Source: Akkermansia muciniphila (GTDB taxonomy: Bacteria; Verrucomicrobiota; Verrucomicrobiia; Limisphaerales; UBA9464). From it: a stretch of 64,000 nt of DNA. The translations under genes and the position numbers were made by a program. The stretch is from NCBI GenBank assembly GCA_945893185.1, contig CAMDDW010000001.1, forward strand, positions 82,504 through 146,503, read 5' to 3'. The notes under the pieces are model-generated. The model ran no database searches and was not told the origin of the DNA. It was given only the letters and a program-made list of their open reading frames with translations. Numbering within the stretch: position 1 is the stretch's first letter; every line of letters begins with the position of its first letter. Shown here piece by piece: positions 19,216-28,668 of this stretch.

Positions 19216-21384
19216 TCAAACAATCTCCATCGGGCACGGGGGAACAGACTCCAGAAACGCCTTGCCGTAGCGTTTGGTCAGCACGCGATTGTCCAAAATC
19301 ACCACGATCCCGGTGTCGGTCTTGGTTCGGATGAGCCGGCCGACACCCTGCCGGAACTTGAGAATGGCCTCCGGAAGGCTGAAGGCGCTGAAGGCGTTGC
19401 CGCCCTCGGCTTCGATTTGCTCGATCCGGGCTTCCACCAACGGGTGGTCCGGCACGGCAAAGGGCAACCGGGTAATAATGACATTGCTCAGAGCATCACC
19501 CGGCACGTCCACCCCCTGCCAAAAGCTGTCGGTTCCAAAGAGAACCGAATCTCGGTTTTCTCGAAATTTTTCCAACATGGTCGATCGAGGCATTCCGGTG
19601 TTCTGCACGTAGCACTCGAGCCCCAGTCGGCCAAAGAACGACTCCATCCGCCCCGCGACCTGGAGCATCAATCGGTGACTCGTGAACAACACGAAGGCCT
19701 TGCCATGGGTCCGAGTAATAAAATGCTCGATCCAATGAACCAGCGCATCCTCGTAACCCGCTTCCCGGGGATCGGGCATCTTGCCGGCGACGAAGAGCGT
19801 CATTTGACGGGGATAATCAAACGGCGAACCCACCTGAAGCCCCTGGGCGTCTTCACCTCCTACCCTTCCGGCCACATAGCGGAGCGCCGCAATTGATCCC
19901 GCTCTGGGAAGCGCGGAGCCAGCGGGGTACGCCGCAGACATCGGGGACCGTGGCAGCGGAATCGAAGGGGCGGCCGCCGCTCCGGAAGGCCCTGTCGTTC
20001 CGAGGGTGGCGCTGGTCAGGATCACGGAAGTTCCCGATTCAAAAAGCCGTTGACGCAAAAAGTCGGCCACCACGACCGGAGCCGCATTCAACGAAAGATT
20101 CTTCTGAGTCTTCCCGGTGCGCTCCACCCAATAGACATGATCCTCGGCCGTCTGACTCAGAAAAGTGGAGACGGCCACCTTGAGGTCTGCCAAGCGACGG
20201 TTGCATTCCATCAACTCCTCGCCCGTCTCCTTGTCTTCGGAGGTCTGGATGAGCTCATGGATCTGCTCGCGCAAGCGCTGCAGCGGCAGGGTCAGGCTGT
20301 CTTGGACAAGGTCTGGCCTGCGGATCCGTAACTCTTTCCAGACCCGGGAGGGCTGTTCACTGGGCGTAGGCCGATCCGAGTCCGACGGGGTCGCCGATCG
20401 GGCCAACTCCTGGCAGGAGTCCTCCACCCGCACAAAAAAGTCGTCGGTCTCCTTGAGCACATCGGCCACCAATCGAACGTTGGATGCCGAACGCAAGGAG
20501 GACAAAAGCCCCTTCTCGGTTCGCGGGTTCCAAAGACGTTGAAGCGCGTAGCGAACCTGACCGCTGCTCACACTGACACCGATATGCCGCGCGGCCACCG
20601 ATTCGACGGTATGGGCCTCGTCGAAGATCACGAAGTCGTTCTTGAAAAGGACACCGCCCTCGGGATCGGACTCGACTCCGTTGAGCAAGGTGAAGAACAG
20701 GGTATGGTTAAGCACCAACACATCGGCCCCGAGAATCTTCTGGCGGGCCCGCTGAAAGAAACAGACCGGCCCCAACTTGGCCTGATCACTCTGGAAACCA
20801 CATTTCTTGGGAGTGCACAACCCGCGCTCAGAGCAGACGTGCTCCCAGACCTTGGGATCGGGTTCCACCGAGAAGTCACTCAGCGAACCATCTTGGGTGG
20901 TGCGACTCCACTCTTCGATCCGACGCAACTCAGCCGCTTCCGGTGAGGTAAAGAGCGAATCACATTGCTGCATGGCCTTGCGCAGGCGACGGGTGCACAA
21001 GTAATTCGAGCGCCCCTTCAGCATCGCAAAACTGAAATCCACCGGGAGCACCTGCTTCAGGACGGGCAGGTCTTTCTCCACCAACTGCTCCTGCAAATTA
21101 ATAGTGTGGGTGGAGATCACCGCCTTCTTCTTGCGCCCAACGGCAAAAAGAATTGCCGGAATCAGGTATGCAAAACTTTTACCAACACCGGTACCGGCCT
21201 CCACAAGCAAATGCTGTCGGTTCTGAAGTGCCGAGGCGACGGCCATGGCCATTTGCTGTTGCTCAGGGCGATACTCAAAGTTGCTGGCCCGGGAAAGCAG
21301 TCCGCTTTGGGAAAAGATCTCCCGAACAGGCTCCACCCAATCGGTGGGTTCCTGTCCTGCGGAAGTATCGGCCAACGAAATCAC
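19216..21384 (-). CDS. dinG: DinG/XPD-family ATP-dependent DNA helicase
   Basis: Walker A AGTGVGKS and DEAH box FDEAHTVE. A Cys cluster lies between them (NYLCTRR...QQC...HVCSERGLCTPKKC...PVCFF), typical of the FeS domain. C-terminal motif WQGVDVPG. GTG start. Confidence 0.8.
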   Translation of the reverse strand: MISLADTSAGQEPTDWVEPVREIFSQSGLLSRASNFEYRPEQQQMAMAVASALQNRQHLLVEAGTGVGKSFAYLIPAILFAVGRKKKAVISTHTINLQEQLVEKDLPVLKQVLPVDFSFAMLKGRSNYLCTRRLRKAMQQCDSLFTSPEAAELRRIEEWSRTTQDGSLSDFSVEPDPKVWEHVCSERGLCTPKKCGFQSDQAKLGPVCFFQRARQKILGADVLVLNHTLFFTLLNGVESDPEGGVLFKNDFVIFDEAHTVESVAARHIGVSVSSGQVRYALQRLWNPRTEKGLLSSLRSASNVRLVADVLKETDDFFVRVEDSCQELARSATPSDSDRPTPSEQPSRVWKELRIRRPDLVQDSLTLPLQRLREQIHELIQTSEDKETGEELMECNRRLADLKVAVSTFLSQTAEDHVYWVERTGKTQKNLSLNAAPVVVADFLRQRLFESGTSVILTSATLGTTGPSGAAAAPSIPLPRSPMSAAYPAGSALPRAGSIAALRYVAGRVGGEDAQGLQVGSPFDYPRQMTLFVAGKMPDPREAGYEDALVHWIEHFITRTHGKAFVLFTSHRLMLQVAGRMESFFGRLGLECYVQNTGMPRSTMLEKFRENRDSVLFGTDSFWQGVDVPGDALSNVIITRLPFAVPDHPLVEARIEQIEAEGGNAFSAFSLPEAILKFRQGVGRLIRTKTDTGIVVILDNRVLTKRYGKAFLESVPPCPMEIV

Positions 21385-21569
21385 TCGCGGAGGCTACGGC
21401 CAGTACTGCGTTTGAGGAAGAAGGCTTTGCACAGCGACAGTTCCTGATGGCACTCAGCCTTATGTCTGTGCTGCCAAAATCGGACACACCTCATGTGGGC
21501 TTTGAATTCAACCAGGTGAATGCCTGACCTCCGGCGCCAGAACCCCAGGGCGCGCGCGCTGAACGGGCA

Positions 21570-22940
21570 TCAGTTCGGAGTTTTTACAGCCATGACAGAA
21601 TTGGCTCCCTCGGAAGCGGGTTTTTGTTCTGCAGTGTAGAGGTGGACCAAAGTGCGCATGAAGCGCTCGTTTTCCTGCTCGAGCGTCTCGAGCTCAATGG
21701 TAACGCCGGTGATGTCAGCCAGCCTCAACTGAGCTTCAAGCCGCGTAATGACCACCGAGAGACGCTCGTCGCCCACCATCTGGATGGATCCTCTGAGGGC
21801 GTTGACGCGTAGGGCCGCAGCCTGCCATCGATCCCGGCTAATCGAAGAACGCACAAAGGTGATGGACTCGCCGATGGCACGCGAGAAACCCGTCGACAAC
21901 TCGAAGTAGGCCTTGTCATCGAGGCACAGGCGTTGCTGAGCCTCGAAGAGTGCCGACCCCTTGCTACTGACCTCCTTCAGGGCGGCCTCGATGGCGTCGC
22001 TCAAGTCTTTCCGCTCCAAGGGTTTGCTCAAAAAACGAGTAACCTTGAGCGCGGCCGCCTTGGCAACGTTGTCCTTGAACGCATTGGCCGAGATCATGAC
22101 CACCGGGATATTGGAGAATCGCGGAAGGGCGCGAAGGCGGGCAATGAACTCCAATCCATCCATGTTGGGCATCAACACGTCACAGACAATGATATCCGGG
22201 TACGGGGGCTTCTCCATCATGCTCAACGCCGCCTGACCGTCTTCGGCCTCGGTCATGGACACTTTAAGTTCTTTGGGCAGCAGGGCCCTTATGAGACGAC
22301 GGCTGGTCTGATCGTCCTCAACCAACAGCATTCGGGTAGAATATTCGCCAGTGTTGGCCTCCATCATTTCTTCAACCTGAGGACGGGACAGTTTGCGCCC
22401 CAAGGAATCGAGCATGGACTGCACCCCATCGACTTCTTCCTTAGACAATGCCAAACCAACTTCCAACTGAGCCCCTCCCGTGAGTGTGGTGGTCACGCGC
22501 TCACCCGCCTTGCTGATCATCGACCGCAATCCATCGAGAATCCCCAGCGGTTTTGGCTCAGTTTTAGCAATTACCTCCTCCTCCAAATCGCGGATCTTTC
22601 CCTGGAGAAAAACAGCTCGATCTTGGATGCGTTCGTTCTGGGACTCGAGATCCTTGCATTTCTTCTCAGCTGTCGCTACTGCCCGAAAGGCCTCCTCCAT
22701 CGCCTTGCCTTGGGACTCTTCAAACTCTTGGGCAGGCTGTTTCTCAAAGTCGAACAAGGCCGTTCGGGTCAGGGAACCCAAAGCGCCCATCGACGCTGCG
22801 GCAACGGCCGCAATCCACCAGCTAGAATACTTACCGATCCCCTCTCCCAACAGCCCTCGAACTGAAACTATTAGAACAGGTACGATTACGGCGGAAACAG
22901 TTAGTATCAGGATACGATTGTGAACGGTTTGAATTTGCAT
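21570..22940 (-). CDS. Membrane-anchored response-regulator receiver protein with coiled coil and degenerate HPt-like C-terminus
   Basis: ATG 22940 (MQIQTVHNRILILTVSAVIVPVLIV) gives two hydrophobic segments, followed by a coiled-coil stretch. The REC domain contains LLVEDD...IIVCDVLMPNMDG...ISANA...KP. The C-terminal helix VNALRGSIQMVG matches the HPt pattern [A]H-x-[LI]-[KR]-G-[SA] but has Asn (21801..21803) at the His position. Confidence 0.7.
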   Translation of the reverse strand: MQIQTVHNRILILTVSAVIVPVLIVSVRGLLGEGIGKYSSWWIAAVAAASMGALGSLTRTALFDFEKQPAQEFEESQGKAMEEAFRAVATAEKKCKDLESQNERIQDRAVFLQGKIRDLEEEVIAKTEPKPLGILDGLRSMISKAGERVTTTLTGGAQLEVGLALSKEEVDGVQSMLDSLGRKLSRPQVEEMMEANTGEYSTRMLLVEDDQTSRRLIRALLPKELKVSMTEAEDGQAALSMMEKPPYPDIIVCDVLMPNMDGLEFIARLRALPRFSNIPVVMISANAFKDNVAKAAALKVTRFLSKPLERKDLSDAIEAALKEVSSKGSALFEAQQRLCLDDKAYFELSTGFSRAIGESITFVRSSISRDRWQAAALRVNALRGSIQMVGDERLSVVITRLEAQLRLADITGVTIELETLEQENERFMRTLVHLYTAEQKPASEGANSVMAVKTPN

Positions 22941-23144
22941 GGCGCATACAAGCCGTGATCGCGAGTCGCCCATGAAAAGGAGCCTCGGACCTGACCATTC
23001 TTGTTTATCGCCCATTGCCGGGACAAACTTTAGATCTCGTCTACGAATCAGGAAGAAACGCTGGGTTCTCTTACAGTCTCTAGGTCATGAATTAGAACCC
23101 ATCCAAACACAGTGACATCACCTCGAGCCCCACGGGCGTCGAGT

Positions 23145-23978
23145 TCAGCCCTGTCGAGAGTCGACCGGGGTGTTGTGAGAAATTTCTCCCACCACCCACC
23201 CACTCCAGGGCCACCAACTGGGGCGCTTCCCCCGATGGACCCAATCCCAGCATGATGGCCATAAAAGGGAGACGCTCAGAGCTCCAACGAGCAGGCCAGC
23301 CCATACGTCCGAAGCCCGATGGGCGCCCAGATGGAACCGGGACCATGCCACGGCGAGTGCGAAGACCAGGCCCAGCCCTCCAGCCCGAGCGCCCCAGACA
23401 AAGGCCATGAAACCAAAACCTGCCGCTATGGAAGCATGCCCGGAGGGAAACGATGCGTAGGCATGGCGTCCGATAATCCAACGTCCATCCTTGCGTGGAC
23501 CGAACCACCCCTGCTCCACCGACACCTCCGGTCGGGTCCTGCCGATGATCGACCGCAGTCCCGTGCCTGCGACGCCTGATACGAGGCCGGCCAGCAACAT
23601 CGCCCCCAGGACCCTGGCAGCCCTGCGTTGCGAGCTACGTTTCAACCACACACCCAATCCCACCACCGCGGGGATCAGAAAAAATCCATTGGCCGAACCG
23701 CTGATGGTCATCGCCAAGAGTTTCCATCCCTTCCCGCTCAAGGCCAACCGTTGCGATCGCAACCAGTCATCGGTCCAAAACAATAGGCCCAAAAACGGTA
23801 AACCGATCAATGCCCAGCCAAGAAGCCAATACCCGATAATGTGTGAGTGTCCGGCAGCGGCCCCTGCGACGAAGTCGGCCGTTTTACTTGGACGCGGGGC
23901 GAATGGGTGCGTTGAAGACACCCTGAAACACTGACAAAACCACCTCGGACTTGAACGCAACAATCCTGAAACATCCAC
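23145..23978 (-). CDS. PAP2-family (type 2 phosphatidic acid / lipid phosphate) phosphatase
   Basis: All three PAP2 motifs are present: GRTRPE, FPSGHAS and SRFHLGAHRASD. Multiple TM segments. The GTG start is uncertain. Confidence 0.8.
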   Translation of the reverse strand: MDVSGLLRSSPRWFCQCFRVSSTHPFAPRPSKTADFVAGAAAGHSHIIGYWLLGWALIGLPFLGLLFWTDDWLRSQRLALSGKGWKLLAMTISGSANGFFLIPAVVGLGVWLKRSSQRRAARVLGAMLLAGLVSGVAGTGLRSIIGRTRPEVSVEQGWFGPRKDGRWIIGRHAYASFPSGHASIAAGFGFMAFVWGARAGGLGLVFALAVAWSRFHLGAHRASDVWAGLLVGALSVSLLWPSCWDWVHRGKRPSWWPWSGWVVGEISHNTPVDSRQG

Positions 23979-24092
23979 CGTCCCCGTCTGGCTGGCCCTT
24001 GAAGCAGTGGATTAACTCTCAGCTAACCCAATCCCAACTCACAGCACCCTTCAGCTTTCCGCTGACCCTCGAATTTGCCAGCCTCGGAAGCG

Positions 24093-25598
24093 ATGGAAGG
24101 CTCAATCGGGTCCCCGAGAGAACACGGTCAACTGCCCGCTTGGAGCTGGGTGGTCCTGCTCGCGTTGGCTCTGAGTTGTTTCGGCGCCGGATCTTGGTCG
24201 TTGCCTCTGATGGACCGGGATGAACCTCGTTTTGCAGAAGCCTCCCGGGAGATGCTCGAAACGGGCAACTGGGTGGTGCCCCATTTGAATGGCGAGTACC
24301 GCTTCGACAAACCACCCCTGATCTACTGGCTCCAGGCTGGAAGCATCTCTCTTTTAGGGGCCTCCGAAATGGCGGTACGACTGCCCTCCATCCTCTGTGC
24401 CACACTGACCACCGGTTTGCTCGCCCTCTGGGGACGACGCCTCGCCGGAGACTGTGCCGGAATGATGGCCGGGATTCTCTGGGTCGCCTGCCCCCAAGCC
24501 TTTGTCCATGCCCACCTCGCCGTCGCGGACATGGTAATGGTGTTTTTCTTCACCTTGTCGAGCTGGTCCGGGTGGGAACTGCATCAGGCCCGCGGTCGGA
24601 GACGAGCCGTTGCCGGATGGTTCTGGGTTTTCTTCACCTCATTGGCCCTAGGATTTCTCGCCAAGGGGCCCGTGGCTTGGCTGGCGGGCCTGCCGGCCAT
24701 TCTCTTGGCCTGTGGACGACTGTCTTCGCCGTCCGATCCTGCCAGCCCTTGGCGGCAACCCAGACTCTGGTGGTTTGGCGGAGTACTGACCCTGGGGCTT
24801 GTGGCCATTTGGGGCATTCCAGCCCTGTTGGCGACTCGGGGCGAATATTTACAGGTGGGCATCGGCAAGCACGTCGTTGCTCGGTCTGTCGGGGTATTGG
24901 AAGGTCATGGGTTGAAGGGATTGTTCGGCTATCTGTGCAGTTTGCCCTTCTACGGGCTGACGTTGCTGGTGGGATTTCTTCCCTGGTCTCCTTGGCTGGT
25001 AACCTTAGTTTGGCGCGCTCGAACGGCCACTCCCCCATCACCCATCGACCGATACCTCTTGGCGGGCATCGCCGGAGTGTTTGTGGTCTTCACCCTAATC
25101 CGTACCAAGCTCCCGCATTATACCCTGCCGGCTTTTCCTCTCATCGCGCTCTGGTTGGGCAAGGCCATTGCCAGCAGTCCACCGACTTGGCGGCTGTTCC
25201 AGAGGCTGACAGTCGGTACCTTAGTCCTCCTGTTACTAGTGGCCTTGCCGGGCCTGGGACTGTTTTCCCGCCTGCTGCCGGTGCCTCGCCTCGCCGAAGA
25301 ATGCCGGCGCTGGATCAGCCCCAAGACCGAACTGGCGACCCTGGAATTCCAGGAACCCAGCCTCTACTGGTACCTGCGACCCAAGGGTGGGCCCTGGATC
25401 CAGCACCTAAAAGACGAGGCGGCCGCACGGGAGTTTCTGGCCCGACCCGGATCCCGACTTTGTGTTCTGCCCGACGGAAAGTCCTTCGCTCACCTGAGCG
25501 CACGGTTTCCCGAGCTGCGCACAATCCGTGTGTGGGGCTTCAACCCGGCCAATGGCACGGGCATCGAATTGAGAGCATTGATCCGGGAGACCCCTTAA
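24093..25598 (+). CDS. ArnT/PMT-like GT-C glycosyltransferase (family 39/83)
   Basis: DRDEPRFAEASREM...FDKPPLIYW signature, and polytopic membrane protein throughout. The track start at 24075 is TTG; the first in-frame ATG is at 24093. Confidence 0.8.
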   Translation: MEGSIGSPREHGQLPAWSWVVLLALALSCFGAGSWSLPLMDRDEPRFAEASREMLETGNWVVPHLNGEYRFDKPPLIYWLQAGSISLLGASEMAVRLPSILCATLTTGLLALWGRRLAGDCAGMMAGILWVACPQAFVHAHLAVADMVMVFFFTLSSWSGWELHQARGRRRAVAGWFWVFFTSLALGFLAKGPVAWLAGLPAILLACGRLSSPSDPASPWRQPRLWWFGGVLTLGLVAIWGIPALLATRGEYLQVGIGKHVVARSVGVLEGHGLKGLFGYLCSLPFYGLTLLVGFLPWSPWLVTLVWRARTATPPSPIDRYLLAGIAGVFVVFTLIRTKLPHYTLPAFPLIALWLGKAIASSPPTWRLFQRLTVGTLVLLLLVALPGLGLFSRLLPVPRLAEECRRWISPKTELATLEFQEPSLYWYLRPKGGPWIQHLKDEAAAREFLARPGSRLCVLPDGKSFAHLSARFPELRTIRVWGFNPANGTGIELRALIRETP

Positions 25599-25713
25599 GC
25601 AGGGCCGAAAGCCGGCGAGCGAATCGGGAACTTGAGCTCGGAGGAGCGGACGATCGCTAATTTTGATGATCGGACACTTGAAGGAGGGGGCCTTCCCGGT
25701 CGATGGTTCCATC

Positions 25714-27714
25714 ATGTTCCGCAGACTCGTCCTCGCCAGTGCGCTGCTGCTTGTCCCGGTCGCTTCCAAGGCCGACACCGCCAGCGACGCGGCTCAACGG
25801 CTTGAAACCCTCTCGAAGCTGGTCCAAGACACCCACCCACGGGTCCGTCTGGAGGCCCTTCGTGCCCTGGCCAAGATTCCGGGAGCCCGATCTGCCGAGT
25901 TGGCTCTGAGCGCACTGGAACAGCCCATGGATCCCACCCTGGACTACGCCCTCTGGTTGACGATCAACGAACTCTCCGAGCCATGGATCGCTGCCTTGGA
26001 ATCGGGTGCCTGGAAATCCGAGGGGCGCGAAAAACAATTGGCCTTCGCCCTGAAGGCCATCCGAGCCGAACAGGCGAGCCGAGTCTTGGGGCGCGTCATC
26101 CAAGAGCGCCGCCTCCCGCGGGACGGCTCCGGCCCCTGGATTGAGCTCATTGGTCAGGCCGGTGCCCCCAAAGAATTGGGAGCGCTGCTGCGGCAGACCG
26201 TCTCGGGTGGATTTGATGATGCTGCCACGGCACGCGCACTGACCTCGCTGGGCGAGGCGGCCCGAACCCGCAAGGTGCGGCCCGAGGGCGATGCCACGGG
26301 GATTTTGGGATTACTCGAATCTTCGAACGACTCCGTCCGTGCGGCCACGTTGCGCCTAACCGGCGACTGGAAGACTCCGCCTCCGGTCCAATCCTTGACC
26401 CGCCTAGCCAATGACCCGTCCGAACAAGTCCGGACCACGGTCTTCGAAGTCCTTCGTCTCCAAGGAGCCGGAAGCCTGCCTCTCCTGAAGCAACTGGCGG
26501 AAGACAAAGATTCTGCGACCCGACGCCGTGCGGTTTTGACTTGGGCTGCGCTGGACCTCGGTGGGGCCGGGCCCGCTCTGGTCTCCGCCATCCAGGGGTT
26601 GGATCAGGAACAAATCGCCCAGGAGTTCTGGCGTTCATTGCTGGCAATTAAGGGTTCTGGAAAACGCCTGGTAGCCCTCTTGCCCGCTTCGGGAATCCCG
26701 GCCGCGGCAGCCCGTACCGGCATGCGGGTGGCACGCGAAGGCGGTCGCAGTGACATGGAATTGGTGCTGACTCTCGCCAAGGGGGCCGGTTTGTCCGCCG
26801 ACACCCAAGCCTTCACCGACCAACTCATCCGCGAAATGGCCACCCGGGCAGCGGCCAGCGGCAACCCGCAACGCGGTGAGCTCGTCTACCGCCGATCCGA
26901 CCTGGCCTGCATCACCTGCCACGCCATTGGCGGTGCGGGTGGACGGGTCGGTCCAGACATGACCTCCATCGGGGCCAGCGCACAGCCCGATTACTTGGTG
27001 GAATCGCTGCTAATGCCCAATGCCAAAATCAAAGAGGGTTACCATGGCGTGATCGTGGAGACCAAGGATGGGCAGACCCTGTCCGGAACCGTGGTCCGAG
27101 AGTCGGCGAGCGAGCTAGTCCTGCGCGGCACGGCCAACCAGGACATCGTCATCGCCAAATCAAACCTAGAGTCCCGCAATCAAGCCTCCGCCTCATTGAT
27201 GCCGGCCGGCCTCCTCGACTCGCTCAATGAAGCCGAGCAGCTCGATCTGGTAGCGTTCCTCTCCCAACTCGGCAAACCCGGTGAATTCGATGCCAGCAAG
27301 GGTGGCGTAGCCCGCAAATGGCGCTTGGCCAACATCGTCCACACCGACCAGCAGAATGGCCAATCCGACTGGATGTGGAAAAAACCCCTCGAGGACAAGC
27401 GCTGGACCGAGGTGCTCTCCCGGGTCAATGGAGACCTGACGCGGACCCTCATGGAGGGCGCAACCAAGGCCAACATTTGGTCCTCAAAAATCGCCGTGCT
27501 GGCGGTGACCGAAATCCAGCTGGCCCAGCCGGGCACCGTCCGGTTCCAACTGACCGCCGCTCAGGGCGCTGAGCTGTGGGTGGACGGATCGAAGGTGAAT
27601 GGCTCAGTAGCCCTAGCCGCCGGCACACATCGCGTCTTGGTGCGCATCGACCCCAACCACATCCCTGACAAGATTCGTCTGGAGACCAAAGACGCCTCGT
27701 TCGTGCTGAACTAA
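25714..27714 (+). CDS. PVC-type heme-binding CxxCH protein with HEAT repeats
   Basis: Signal peptide MFRRLVLASALLLVPVASKA from ATG 25714. HEAT-like repeats include HPRVRLEALRAL and SVRAATLRL. A single c-type heme motif CITCH lies at 26908..26922, followed by LLMPNAKIKEGY. A beta-rich C-terminal domain follows. Confidence 0.7.
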   Translation: MFRRLVLASALLLVPVASKADTASDAAQRLETLSKLVQDTHPRVRLEALRALAKIPGARSAELALSALEQPMDPTLDYALWLTINELSEPWIAALESGAWKSEGREKQLAFALKAIRAEQASRVLGRVIQERRLPRDGSGPWIELIGQAGAPKELGALLRQTVSGGFDDAATARALTSLGEAARTRKVRPEGDATGILGLLESSNDSVRAATLRLTGDWKTPPPVQSLTRLANDPSEQVRTTVFEVLRLQGAGSLPLLKQLAEDKDSATRRRAVLTWAALDLGGAGPALVSAIQGLDQEQIAQEFWRSLLAIKGSGKRLVALLPASGIPAAAARTGMRVAREGGRSDMELVLTLAKGAGLSADTQAFTDQLIREMATRAAASGNPQRGELVYRRSDLACITCHAIGGAGGRVGPDMTSIGASAQPDYLVESLLMPNAKIKEGYHGVIVETKDGQTLSGTVVRESASELVLRGTANQDIVIAKSNLESRNQASASLMPAGLLDSLNEAEQLDLVAFLSQLGKPGEFDASKGGVARKWRLANIVHTDQQNGQSDWMWKKPLEDKRWTEVLSRVNGDLTRTLMEGATKANIWSSKIAVLAVTEIQLAQPGTVRFQLTAAQGAELWVDGSKVNGSVALAAGTHRVLVRIDPNHIPDKIRLETKDASFVLN

Positions 27715-27827
27715 TCCGGAAGGATGCCGTTGGCACGGCGGTGATTGCAGGATTCCTCAGTGCGGTGCTCTTCCCAGACCACCAACCCTATCTGAGGCTG
27801 TTCTCTATATGGACCTCTCCGGCGTCC

Positions 27828-28568
27828 TCAGCGAGTGGCAGCATCCCGGGAACGTTTCACCGCCTCGACGATTGCTAAATCATCGTCTCCGCAGTCGCGC
27901 ACCAGTTCCAGAAATCCTGAAAGCGTGAGTCCCATGCGCCGAAGAAAAGGCCGGTCGCCTCCGCACCCGTACATAAGATCCGGTGGTATTTCTCCGCGCA
28001 GCTTAAGCCGCGCCTTGACGATCAAACGGGGCAACCAAGCAATTCCGTCTACGGCATCGGTCTTGAGCGGCAACGCCGACATGGGCACCACCTGCCCTGT
28101 CCATTCTCCCCGCAGAACTCCCAAAAAGTAATCCCTCCGGATCCTCTGAACATCGAGGACCGTTTCCAAATCGGGCTCGCCATAATCTACAGCGTCCTCA
28201 ACGAAATCGTAGAGTTCCTGAACGGAGCATCCGCCGTTCAACAAGAAGGCGGTATCGGCCGGATCACACAAGGTCGCTGGTGAAGAGCGCCCCGAACGGA
28301 ATGCCGACAGGGCCCGATCGTACACGGCCCGGAACTGCTCGCCCCACGCGTCGGTCTCCGGAACTTCCGCCAAGAACTGAAGCGCGGATTCCACTTGGTC
28401 GGCGGGTACCTTCACTTGAATCCCCCCCGCACCCATGGAGTAGCCATCGCTACTGAGGGCCGCAGCAACCCCGTGGATGAATGGGGTAAACCCGGCGGAT
28501 TCTAATCGGGTCGCCATGAGGTCTGCCTCGACCAAAATAAAGACTCGGGACAGCGTGACCAATTCCAT
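27828..28568 (-). CDS. Hypothetical two-domain protein (DUF2007-like N-terminus, DUF5069-like C-terminus)
   Basis: 246 aa with ATG start. The N-terminus MELVTLSRVFILVEADLMATRLESAGFTPFIHG resembles the small DUF2007 fold. The C-terminal segment DGIAWLPRLIVKARLKLRGEIPPDLMYGCGGDRPFL resembles DUF5069. Both assignments are from memory. Confidence 0.45.
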   Translation of the reverse strand: MELVTLSRVFILVEADLMATRLESAGFTPFIHGVAAALSSDGYSMGAGGIQVKVPADQVESALQFLAEVPETDAWGEQFRAVYDRALSAFRSGRSSPATLCDPADTAFLLNGGCSVQELYDFVEDAVDYGEPDLETVLDVQRIRRDYFLGVLRGEWTGQVVPMSALPLKTDAVDGIAWLPRLIVKARLKLRGEIPPDLMYGCGGDRPFLRRMGLTLSGFLELVRDCGDDDLAIVEAVKRSRDAATR

Positions 28569-28668
28569 AGAACGAAGGTCTAAGGCCCGCCCACGACTGT
28601 CAATCGGCCCGGCCCTAAGTACGCGGAAAGAAAGATCGTCGGCCTATCGCCCACGGAATCGGCCTAGT

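Noticed and set aside
19216-21384. DinG-like helicase as part of a defence system (DinG occurs in some CRISPR type IV and CBASS-like contexts).
   Set aside because: It is a stand-alone gene between tyrA and a response-regulator gene. There are no nuclease, cyclase, Cas or methylase partners, and it has canonical FeS-helicase features consistent with the housekeeping repair enzyme.
27741-27754. Short GC hairpins after several stop codons (for example GCCGT-tggc-ACGGC near 27741..27754, CCGTG-ggtt-CACGG near 19178..19191).
   Set aside because: The stems are only 5 bp with no U-tract. They are too weak to call terminators with any confidence.
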